Position numbers and translations under genes: made by a program. The notes below the pieces were generated by a model. It did not search any database, was not told the origin of the DNA, and saw only the letters and a list, made by a program, of their open reading frames with translations. 64,000 nt of DNA from a virus: the IMG/VR virus record IMGVR_UViG_3300035696_000020, positions 39,892-103,891 of that record. One strand, 5' to 3'. Shown here piece by piece: positions 8,506 to 15,448 of this stretch (its first letter is position 1; the number at the start of each line of letters is the position of its first letter).

Positions 8506-9252
8506 ATGAACAGTGAAGCAAACAGTACTGTGGCTGGTATTCGGGTGTGCACTAAATGTGGCATTCCGAAGCCAGCTACAGTAGAATTTTTCGTGCCGCA
8601 TTGGCGTGGTGACCTATTGCGAGGTCATTGCAGGGAATGTGAACGAGCGTATCAGGCTGCTTATCGTAAGCGTGACCCAGAAAAGTGGCGTGTTTACCAT
8701 AAGAAGCGTTATCGGAAATATATCGAAAAGCCAGAGCAAAAAGAAAAAAGACTAGAAGCAGCAAGGGCTTACCATCACAAGAACAAAGAAAAGGCAAATG
8801 CGGCAAGTCGAGAATACTATAGGAAAAGGAAGGCCGCTGGGACTCTTTGGCAGACGAACGGATGGCCAAAAAGAAAAAGAAAACAATATCTTGAGACAAG
8901 GCGACTTGCGTATCAGAGGCGTAAACAGTCTCCTAGTTTTAGATTGCGCGATGCGATTAGTAGCGCGATGCATATTTGTCTTAAGGGGAAAAAAGAAGGG
9001 CAGAAATGGGAATCATTGGTTGGCTATTCTCTTGCAGAGTTAATTGTCCATCTAGAGCGCCAATTTACCGGAAAGATGAATTGGCAGAACTACGGGAAGT
9101 GGCACGTAGACCATATCGTCCCGCTTTGCTCTTTTTCGTTTGAAACGCCGTCTGATCCAGATTTCAAGGCTGCGTGGGCGCTAACGAACCTGCGCCCGCT
9201 TTGGCGGATACCGAATATAAAGAAAGGTGGCAAAAGACTCCATCTTCTATGA
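8506..9252 (+). CDS. HNH homing-endonuclease-like protein
   Basis: N-terminal CTKC..CREC; MNWQNYGKWHVDHIVP...TNLRPLW..NIKKG. Confidence 0.85.
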   Translation: MNSEANSTVAGIRVCTKCGIPKPATVEFFVPHWRGDLLRGHCRECERAYQAAYRKRDPEKWRVYHKKRYRKYIEKPEQKEKRLEAARAYHHKNKEKANAASREYYRKRKAAGTLWQTNGWPKRKRKQYLETRRLAYQRRKQSPSFRLRDAISSAMHICLKGKKEGQKWESLVGYSLAELIVHLERQFTGKMNWQNYGKWHVDHIVPLCSFSFETPSDPDFKAAWALTNLRPLWRIPNIKKGGKRLHLL

Positions 9253-9359
9253 ATCAAGTGGGTGTCGCCCGAGCCCGCTTCCTTATCTGCCGTATCGGGG
9301 ATTTAGGCATGCGAGTCCGACGCAGAGCAGGCGATTATCGGGCGGCGGCAGAAATTCAG

Positions 9360-9437
9360 GCCGGCTTAGTTTCCAGATAGGCAAAACAGCGAGTTCGTAC
9401 CTCGCAGTGGGTTGTTCAAGTCAACCAGTCGGCTCCA
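9360..9437 (+). tRNA. tRNA-Thr(CGT)
   Basis: GCCGGCT/AGTCGGC acceptor, GCGAG-TT CGT AC-CTCGC, TTCAAGT T loop, CCA. Confidence 0.85.
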
Positions 9438-9580
9438 AGATTTCTCACGGCCCCTGTTTGAGAGACTAAGGCCCCGTCTACGGACGGACGAGCCTAAAGG
9501 GGAAGGGAGGTAGATCGCCTCGCCGTTAGCGCAATTTCCTAGGTGCCTAAAAAAGGCGGTAGCGCCCGCCCCGTGAGAAA

Positions 9581-10395
9581 GCCAATTCCCTTGACTGGGA
9601 AGGATGACGCTGAACCTTTGGATAGAGGATCGTTAGACCTCGGGGCAGTACCGAGCTAGTCCACCACGAATACCATGGCAGTAAGCCGTTTTTATAGGAC
9701 GGGGGATGCTCTTGGTTATCGCGCCATTGCGAAGTCGGAACAATGGAGTCGCAGTAACGTGGTATTCCTGATGGGCTAGAAATAGGATCGATAGCGATAC
9801 GAAACCCAAAGCTGTGTCCGGTAGGCACCGATATTTGCCAGACGTTACGAGGATAGACAAGAATGGCTTTAACACCTTCACAAAGGGTAAGTTTGTGGCG
9901 TAAAAACAACCTAGAGAAAGCTCGCGAAATAGATAGAAGGTACAGAGCGAAGTACAAAGAGAAATATGGGTTTCTCCCTTCTACTAAGTCCGTGCGAAAA
10001 GCGAGACAACTTAATCCTGCCAAATTGCTTCTTAAGTCTGCCAAAAATAGGGCTAAGCAAAAAGGTATTCCGTTTAATATTACGGAAGAGGATATTCCTA
10101 TACCTGAATTTTGCCCAATCTTGAAGGTAAAGATCGAACTTGAACCGTTTCGACACAGACATGGGCCTTCAATAGATAGAAAGATTCCATCCTTAGGGTA
10201 TGTAAAGGGGAATGTGGCAGTCATATCCATGCGAGCTAATCTCATGAAAAGAAATTACACTCTAGATTTTTTTGAAGCCGTTGTTGCCTATCTTCGTAGC
10301 GAATAACATACGCCAACGACAACGTTGACATGGATGCGGTTCGCCTCGCGGCGTAACCAATCCGGGGGACGGGGCACCTAGCAACAGAACGCCCC
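9581..10395 (+). ncRNA. ssrA: Two-piece (permuted) alphaproteobacterial-type tmRNA, interrupted by a nuclease ORF
   Basis: T arm CTCGG-GGCAGTA-CCGAG + CTAGTCC-A-CCA (ends 9666); 5' strand GGGCTAG (9773) gives G3:U70; AAATAGGATCGA D loop; pk1 9818-9839; tag ANDNVDMDAVRLAA* 10312-10356; 3' GGGGCACCTAGCAACAGAACGCCCC. 5' boundary approximate. Confidence 0.9.
9863..10306 (+). CDS. His-Me finger (HNH-like) endonuclease inside the tmRNA coding piece
   Basis: AKNRAKQKGIPFNIT..CPIL..SIDRKIPSLGYVKGNVAVISMRANLMK; GAGGA RBS. Confidence 0.8.
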   Translation: MALTPSQRVSLWRKNNLEKAREIDRRYRAKYKEKYGFLPSTKSVRKARQLNPAKLLLKSAKNRAKQKGIPFNITEEDIPIPEFCPILKVKIELEPFRHRHGPSIDRKIPSLGYVKGNVAVISMRANLMKRNYTLDFFEAVVAYLRSE

Positions 10396-10477
10396 AACCT
10401 ATCCGACGCGACACCTGCCGGGGCTGTGATGGCCGCAAGGAGTGGTGTGACAGCCTAGAGAGCGAGGTCTAAGATTG

Positions 10478-10552
10478 GCCCGGTTAGTTCAGTGATAGAA
10501 CGTCTGTTTTGTACTCAGAATGTCGGGGGTTTGATTCCTCCACCGGGCTCCA
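10478..10552 (+). tRNA. tRNA-Thr(TGT)
   Basis: Cloverleaf, loop TT TGT AC, CCA. Confidence 0.85.
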
Positions 10553-10604
10553 CTGCCGTTGGTCTCCCAACCGATCTGACACGGAGACATCTGGCCCAGC
10601 ATTC

Positions 10605-10654
10605 TTGCGGCTGACGAAGCATCGGAAGATGCAGAAACCGTTCAGGTTCCGCGG
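10605..10654 (+). ncRNA. Hammerhead-ribozyme-like motif
   Basis: CTGACGA, stem GCATC-GGAA-GATGC, GAAA, ACC/GGT stem III, GTT triplet, stem I TTGCGG/CCGCGG; A-A at the base of stem II is non-canonical. Confidence 0.45.
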
Positions 10655-10698
10655 AGTCCTCCCCGCTGGGGAATAAATGAGGACCTAGGATCGGTATT

Positions 10699-10772
10699 GC
10701 TCCCGTAGTATAGTGGCATTACATCACTCTGGTACAGTGGTAACGGCTGTCCGATTCAGCCCAGGAGCACCA
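10699..10772 (+). tRNA. tRNA-Thr(GGT)
   Basis: Cloverleaf, loop CT GGT AC, T loop TCCGATT, CCA. Confidence 0.85.
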
Positions 10773-10778
10773 TTTCTA

Positions 10779-10861
10779 GGGCCAGTGGTGAAATTGGCGA
10801 TACACGTCGGATTTAGATTCCGATGACGCAAGTCGTGGGGGTTCGAGTCCCTCCTGGCCTA
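10779..10861 (+). tRNA. tRNA-Leu(TAG)
   Basis: Type II cloverleaf, loop TT TAG AT, no encoded CCA. Confidence 0.85.
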
Positions 10862-10868
10862 GAAGTTA

Positions 10869-10953
10869 GTCCCGATGATGGAATTGGCAGACATGCGGGC
10901 TTCAAATACCCGTGCCGAAAGGCGTGCAAGATCGTGGCTTGCTCGGGACACCA
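10869..10953 (+). tRNA. tRNA-Leu(CAA)
   Basis: Type II cloverleaf, T loop ATCGTGG, CCA. Confidence 0.85.
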
Positions 10954-11023
10954 CACCACTTGTAATAGAACCACCGGAACATTACATGAACGGTGTAACG
11001 TTTAGAGTCGGGGGCTTCTGTGA

Positions 11024-11641
11024 ATGTCTACTAGACCAAGGGGGTTGGCTAAGGAAATTCGTGGTCTTCTATTAAGCGGAATGTCATCAGCAGATGTTAG
11101 AAGAAAACTTGGGGTCGGAAAGTCAACCGTTAGTTTCCACGCTCAGAAACTAGGACTTGGCGGGCGCCGTCATAAGAGAGATTGGAGCGATGTCCAGAAA
11201 TTGCTTGATGAGGGGCACACGGCCAGAAAAGTCATGGAACTTAGCGGGGTTAAATCGACTCCGTTTTATCTTGCTGTCAAAAGAGGTAAAATCACAGTCC
11301 CAACGAGGGAACACGCCCATTCTTGGCTAGGTCCAGAAGAACTCTCACAGAGATTGATGGGGAAGTCAGGTCGCGGTCCTCGTTACCGAATGAAGAAAAG
11401 GTTGCTAGAATGTGGCGTGCTAGAGTACGAATGTAAAATTTGTGGTATTTCAGAGTGGAGGGGCGCACGCATTGATCTGAGGTTGGATCACATTGACGGT
11501 GACGGTACTAATTTTGCCATCGACAATCTTAGATTGTTATGCCCGAATTGTGATAGCCAGCAAGACACTTATTGTCACAAGCACCCAAAATCTAAAAGTA
11601 GTATGCGGGAGTGGTGGAATAGCAAGACACAGCCGCCTTAA
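11024..11641 (+). CDS. HTH-HNH endonuclease
   Basis: N-terminal HTH; CKICG...LDHIDGD..N...NLRLLCPNCD. Confidence 0.85.
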   Translation: MSTRPRGLAKEIRGLLLSGMSSADVRRKLGVGKSTVSFHAQKLGLGGRRHKRDWSDVQKLLDEGHTARKVMELSGVKSTPFYLAVKRGKITVPTREHAHSWLGPEELSQRLMGKSGRGPRYRMKKRLLECGVLEYECKICGISEWRGARIDLRLDHIDGDGTNFAIDNLRLLCPNCDSQQDTYCHKHPKSKSSMREWWNSKTQPP

Positions 11642-11689
11642 GATCGGCCGACGAAAGTTATGCGGGTTGAAGTCCCGCTTCCCGCACCA
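11605..11689 (+). tRNA. tRNA-Leu(TAA)
   Basis: Type II cloverleaf, loop CT TAA GA, CCA; overlaps the 3' end of the HNH ORF. Confidence 0.8.
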
Positions 11690-11690
11690 T

Positions 11691-11764
11691 GGGAGATTAG
11701 CTTAATAGCAAAGCGCCTGCTTTACACGCAGGATTCGGCGGGGCAGTACCGTCATCTCCTACCA
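11691..11764 (+). tRNA. tRNA-Val(TAC)
   Basis: Cloverleaf, T loop GGCAGTA, CCA. Confidence 0.85.
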
Positions 11765-11769
11765 TTTAC

Positions 11770-11842
11770 GCGGTGATAGGTTAGTGGCAAACCATCGCTT
11801 CGACATAGCGAGATCAAGGGTTCGATTCCCTTAACCGCACCA
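11770..11842 (+). tRNA. tRNA-Val(GAC)
   Basis: Loop TC GAC AT; acceptor/T junction one nt short; CCA. Confidence 0.7.
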
Positions 11843-11944
11843 CCTTAGCTTTGCTGGCAAAACCGCGTCACTAGGCGCGTACCTAGCTGTAGGGTCATAC
11901 CAGCCCGCACGGGCAAAGATACAGTCAAGGCTATCCATTTTCAC

Positions 11945-12018
11945 GGTCTCGTAGCTCAGTGGCAGAGCCGGCGCTTGATAGGCGTCTGACGCAAGTTCGA
12001 TTCTTGACGGGACTACCA
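11945..12018 (+). tRNA. tRNA-Ile(GAT)
   Basis: Cloverleaf, loop TT GAT AG, CCA. Confidence 0.85.
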
Positions 12019-12137
12019 ATCACCGTGGCCGCTCGCATGACCGTTCCGAGAGGTAAAAGCAAAGGTCGTTAATCATTGCTGCCACAACTTGAAGGACACC
12101 AACGTATGAGTGACTATCTCAAACGCAGGGGCATTAC

Positions 12138-12220
12138 GGACCCCGAGCGTAGTCAGCCTGGATCGGCCGGGCAATGGGCCTTTAACCCATCCGCATGAAG
12201 TTCGAGCCTTCCGGGGTTCA
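12138..12220 (+). tRNA. Atypical tRNA-Lys(TTT)-like gene
   Basis: GACCCCG/CGGGGTT acceptor, ATGGG-CC TTT AA-CCCAT, TTCGAGC T loop; enlarged D region. Confidence 0.55.
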
Positions 12221-12221
12221 C

Positions 12222-12298
12222 GGGTAACTAGCTTAAATTGGCAGAGCGACGGTCCCTTAAACCGTTAGGTCCCAGATCATGGCTGGGGTTACCCTCCA
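12222..12298 (+). tRNA. tRNA-Lys(CTT)
   Basis: Cloverleaf, loop CC CTT AA, T loop ATCATGG, CCA. Confidence 0.8.
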
Positions 12299-12333
12299 AC
12301 TATCGCGTACCTCAAGTACGTCAAAGTTAGAAT

Positions 12334-12408
12334 GCTCCGTTACGCATCTGGTGAGGCGGCACGTCTGTCTAACGTGTGAGAGGGGGTCAGAACCCCTACG
12401 GAGCGCCA
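12334..12408 (+). tRNA. tRNA-Asp(GTC)
   Basis: Cloverleaf, loop CT GTC TA, T loop GTCAGAA, GCCA. Confidence 0.8.
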
Positions 12409-12499
12409 ATTATGAAAACCGAGTTCGAATATGTGGCATGGTGGCTGAATGCGCTGATGAAGCCTGCGCCACCTAAGCCTGGGGTGTTTGAGGTGCTAC

Positions 12500-12577
12500 G
12501 GTCGTCTAGCTTAATCGGTAAAAAGCCCGCGCCTCATAAGCGCAGTGATTCAGGTTCGAGCCCTGAGACGACTACCA
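12500..12577 (+). tRNA. tRNA with CAT anticodon (Ile2 or Met)
   Basis: Cloverleaf, loop CT CAT AA, ACCA. Confidence 0.8.
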
Positions 12578-12594
12578 CTCTATGAGTTATAGCC

Positions 12595-12945
12595 ATGAAG
12601 ATCATAGCTCACCTATTCGAACAGCCTGGGTCGCCATTGATCCGCCTATTTATCCACGATGCACCGCACAGACGGATGCACCGCAAAGTCTTGCAGCAAT
12701 ACCGAGAGTACCTGCATAAGGCGATTGCCAAAACAGGGCTAAGGATGCCCTATCTAGGCCCGATTGAGTTATCGATCGTGTATGTCAATCCAACATCGCC
12801 GGATATAGGCAATTTATACAGTTGCACGGAGAGGTGTTTCGATGGCAAAGCCCTTGACCCACCTTATATCTTGGCAGATGATAGCCAGATACAGGTGCTT
12901 CACCATGTTTCGAAGATGTATACAGGTGGGGTGACAGAGAAATAA
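12595..12945 (+). CDS. RusA-like Holliday junction resolvase
   Basis: GPIELSIVY...PDIGNL....DG...ILADDSQI. Confidence 0.65.
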   Translation: MKIIAHLFEQPGSPLIRLFIHDAPHRRMHRKVLQQYREYLHKAIAKTGLRMPYLGPIELSIVYVNPTSPDIGNLYSCTERCFDGKALDPPYILADDSQIQVLHHVSKMYTGGVTEK

Positions 12946-13022
12946 CGTAACATAGCTCAACTGAATAGAGCGCAGCCCTCCGAAGGCTGGAGATGCGGGT
13001 TTGAGTCCTGCTGTTACGACCA
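12946..13022 (+). tRNA. tRNA-Arg(CCG)
   Basis: Cloverleaf, loop CT CCG AA, CCA. Confidence 0.85.
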
Positions 13023-13037
13023 ACTTAGGAGGGGATG

Positions 13038-13817
13038 ATGACGGCACGCGAGGTTGCACTAGACAATGAAATCCTGCGCGGGGTTGTCGGTTCGACGGCC
13101 CATGGTACGGCAATCGAAGGCCAAGACGATCGCGACGAAATGGGAGTGTTTATCGAGCCTCCCGAGTACGTGTGTGGTCTGACGCCCTGCGATCATTACA
13201 TCTATCGGGATGCAGCCGAAGGAGAGCGTAGCAAGCCAGGAGATTTAGACTTGACGCTCTACAGCCTGCGCAAGTTCTGCCGGCTAGCGACGCAGGGTAA
13301 CCCAAGTGTGATAATTCTTCTATGGCTGCCACAGCATCTCATAGAGAAAACGTTAGGGCTTTCGCTAAAGTTGATGCGGTCTGCCTTCATCAGTAGAGAA
13401 TCCGGCAAGCGGTTCCTAGGCTACCTCGTCGCCCAGAAGATGAAGTTGAAAGGCGAGCGCGCCCATACGGTCAATCGGCCTGAATTGGTCGAAAAGTACG
13501 GTTACGACACAAAGTTTGCGATGCATGCTCTCCGATTGGGGTTCGAAGGCATCCAACTGTTGACGGAACGCCGTCTGTCATTACCAGTCGAAGAGCCTAA
13601 CCTGACGACGCTTCGAGCGGTGCGGAGTGGACAGGTCAAGTTTGCCGAGGCGTTGCAGTTGATCGAGGACGCGGAGATCAAACTTCGTGGCTTGCTCGAT
13701 AACTTCAACGTTGAAGCAGATCGGGATGCAATCAACAGGTTCATGGTCGAGGCTCATCAAGAGCATTGGCAAAAGAATAAGGAAGGGTGGCCGAGTGGCT
13801 TAAGGCAGCAATCTTGA
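13038..13817 (+). CDS. Pol-beta-superfamily nucleotidyltransferase
   Basis: VGSTAHGT....DDRDEMGVF; YSLRKF..LA.QGNPS; GYDTKFAMHALRL. Confidence 0.85.
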   Translation: MTAREVALDNEILRGVVGSTAHGTAIEGQDDRDEMGVFIEPPEYVCGLTPCDHYIYRDAAEGERSKPGDLDLTLYSLRKFCRLATQGNPSVIILLWLPQHLIEKTLGLSLKLMRSAFISRESGKRFLGYLVAQKMKLKGERAHTVNRPELVEKYGYDTKFAMHALRLGFEGIQLLTERRLSLPVEEPNLTTLRAVRSGQVKFAEALQLIEDAEIKLRGLLDNFNVEADRDAINRFMVEAHQEHWQKNKEGWPSGLRQQS

Positions 13818-13868
13818 AAATTGAAGGCCCGAAAGGGTCCGTGGGTTCAAATCCTACCCCTTCCGCCA
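13781..13868 (+). tRNA. tRNA-Ser(TGA)
   Basis: Type II cloverleaf, loop CT TGA AA, GCCA; overlaps the 3' end of the nucleotidyltransferase. Confidence 0.9.
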
Positions 13869-14034
13869 AAATTTATGAGCTTGTGTCCGTGCTTGCCCTT
13901 TACGATCCTGGTTGCAAACAGGGGAGAGGTAGACGGAGTGGTTAGGAGCGATCGTCAGGCATAGTTCCTAGCTCTGTATCTGAGACAGACAAAGAGTGGA
14001 GTGATGGCCCTATACTCAGAACCATCAACTATTA

Positions 14035-14111
14035 TGCGCCGGTGGAGCAGAAGCTAGCTCGTTTGCCTCATAAGCAAAAGGTCGGAGGTGCAAGTCCTTC
14101 CCGCGCAACCA
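14035..14111 (+). tRNA. tRNA-Met(CAT), fMet-like D/T arms
   Basis: GAGC-AGAAGCTA-GCTC, loop CT CAT AA, AACCA; lacks the three G-C anticodon-stem pairs; bulged C in the acceptor. Confidence 0.7.
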
Positions 14112-14114
14112 ATT

Positions 14115-14185
14115 GGGTGAGCCTCTGGGAGGGGCCGGCTCTGTAAAAGCACGCCAGCGGTGTTCGATTCACCGATCACCCACCA
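14115..14185 (+). tRNA. Minimal tRNA-Tyr(GTA)-like gene
   Basis: GGGTGA/TCACCC acceptor, loop CT GTA AA, CGGTG-TTCGATT-CACCG, ACCA; tiny D arm, no long variable arm. Confidence 0.55.
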
Positions 14186-14206
14186 TATGTAAAAAGGACA
14201 AAATCA

Positions 14207-14683
14207 TTGTTTGGAAGAGCCAAAAATACGAAACAAAAAGGTAATGTTGGAATTGGGGTTGCGATATCACATTATCTTTCTGAGATGTGTACCGTATCGA
14301 TACCAATAAATGATAGCCAAGATTACGATTTGGTTGTGGAAAAGGGTGGAATGCTTTTTAAGGTGCAAGTAAAGACAGCGGAAAGTAAAAGCAAAAGCGG
14401 TAAAATGTTTAGGGTTTGGCTATCTGTTCAGGGTGGTAACCGCAAGAAAAACTATATAAGTAAGTTGGGATCAGACTTGATATATGACATTCTATTCGTG
14501 GTTACTTCCGATGGTGAAAGATACGAGATTCCTCGTAGTGCCATCAGCCATATAAATCGCGTTATAGAAGTACCAGGAAAGTACATACAATACCGATGCG
14601 GGCGTAGCTTGACGGTCGAGCATATCAGCGCCACTGATAAGGCCCGGTTTCAATTACCGGCGCCCGCACCAAAAGAAGCCTGA
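14207..14683 (+). CDS. PD-(D/E)XK endonuclease (group I intron-associated type)
   Basis: KQKGNVG...VSIP..DSQDYDLVV...KVQVKT. Confidence 0.8.
   Translation: MFGRAKNTKQKGNVGIGVAISHYLSEMCTVSIPINDSQDYDLVVEKGGMLFKVQVKTAESKSKSGKMFRVWLSVQGGNRKKNYISKLGSDLIYDILFVVTSDGERYEIPRSAISHINRVIEVPGKYIQYRCGRSLTVEHISATDKARFQLPAPAPKEA
14598..14671 (+). tRNA. tRNA-Gly(GCC)
   Basis: GCGGGCG/CGCCCGC, loop GC GCC AC, CCA; lies inside the 3' end of the PD-(D/E)XK ORF. Confidence 0.75.
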
Positions 14684-14753
14684 GAAGATAACTTAGTAGA
14701 ATCGCCAGACTGAAAATCTGGAGGACGCCGGGCGGAACGGCGCTCAGGCACCA
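14678..14753 (+). tRNA. tRNA-Phe(GAA)
   Basis: Loop CT GAA AA, T loop GGCGGAA, CCA. Confidence 0.8.
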
Positions 14754-14759
14754 AATTAC

Positions 14760-14834
14760 GGGGGTATAGCTCAATGGCAGAGCCCTCGCCTTGCAAGCGA
14801 TAGACGGCGGTTCGACTTCCGCCTGCCTCCACCA
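14760..14834 (+). tRNA. tRNA-Ala(TGC)
   Basis: G3:U70, loop CT TGC AA, ACCA. Confidence 0.85.
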
Positions 14835-14839
14835 AGTTT

Positions 14840-14914
14840 TCCAGGGTCGACTAACGGAAAGTCCCGATGCTGTTAACATCGCCAATGGGTGTTCGAATCA
14901 CTCCCCTGGAGCCA
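14840..14914 (+). tRNA. tRNA-Asn(GTT)
   Basis: Cloverleaf, loop CT GTT AA, GCCA. Confidence 0.85.
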
Positions 14915-14918
14915 ATAC

Positions 14919-14992
14919 GCGGCCATCTTCTAACGGTAGGAACCTCGGCTCTCATCCGAGAAACGGGAGATCGTCACTCCCTGGCCGCGCCA
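14919..14992 (+). tRNA. tRNA-Glu(CTC)
   Basis: Cloverleaf, T loop ATCGTCA, GCCA. Confidence 0.8.
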
Positions 14993-14998
14993 AGTATC

Positions 14999-15075
14999 CC
15001 TCCCGTAGCTCAATGGACAGAGCACCACTCTACGAAAGTGGGTTTGTGCGTGTTCGACTCACGCCGGGAGGTCCA
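14999..15075 (+). tRNA. tRNA-Arg(ACG)
   Basis: Cloverleaf, loop CT ACG AA, TCCA. Confidence 0.9.
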
Positions 15076-15096
15076 TTATTTGTGCAATATGTGGGG

Positions 15097-15125
15097 TTGC
15101 GCGGATTGCTGCGGTGCGGTATAAT
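15097..15125 (+). promoter_or_regulatory. Sigma70-like internal promoter
   Basis: TTGCGC-17 bp-TATAAT. Confidence 0.55.
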
Positions 15126-15162
15126 GCGGATTCGCAATCTCGCGAAGGAAAAAGGACTTGAA

Positions 15163-15276
15163 ATGAGACTGATTTTTGCTATTGTAATGAGCCTTGTTGT
15201 TGCGGTGCCGGCATTTGCGGGGACCAAGCATCAGGTCGATGTGGATGCGCGCGATCGGCACGACAGCCACTTCTAA
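15163..15276 (+). CDS. Small secreted peptide (37 aa)
   Basis: AAGGA RBS; MRLIFAIVMSLVVAVPAFA signal-like sequence. Confidence 0.45.
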   Translation: MRLIFAIVMSLVVAVPAFAGTKHQVDVDARDRHDSHF

Positions 15277-15284
15277 ACGAATAA

Positions 15285-15363
15285 CTGCCATTAGGGGAGT
15301 CTGGCCGTCCCCGCAACCCTTGGAAGGTTGAAATCCGAGGTTCAAATCCTCGATGGCAGACCA
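15285..15363 (+). tRNA. tRNA-Pro(TGG)
   Basis: Cloverleaf, loop CT TGG AA, ACCA. Confidence 0.9.
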
Positions 15364-15367
15364 CTAT

Positions 15368-15443
15368 AGGGAATTAGCTCAGTTGGAAGAGCGCCGCTCT
15401 CTGAAAGCGGAGGTGCTTGGATCGAAGCCAAGATTCCCTGCCA
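15368..15443 (+). tRNA. tRNA-Gln(CTG)
   Basis: Cloverleaf, T loop ATCGAAG, GCCA. Confidence 0.85.
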
Positions 15444-15448
15444 ACAAT

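Noticed and set aside
9840-10311. Group I intron around the tmRNA-embedded nuclease
   Set aside because: Only 23 nt and 5 nt flank the ORF; no P7 or other core elements seen
10419-10468. Hairpin with GGTGTGACAGCCTAGAGAG after the tmRNA
   Set aside because: Single copy; I cannot assign a family or function with support
13781-13868. Possible suppressor tRNAs or stop-codon recoding (anticodons TGA, TAA, TAG)
   Set aside because: These anticodons read Ser UCA and Leu UUA/CUA; no CTA, TTA or TCA anticodon was found and ORFs are intact in the standard code
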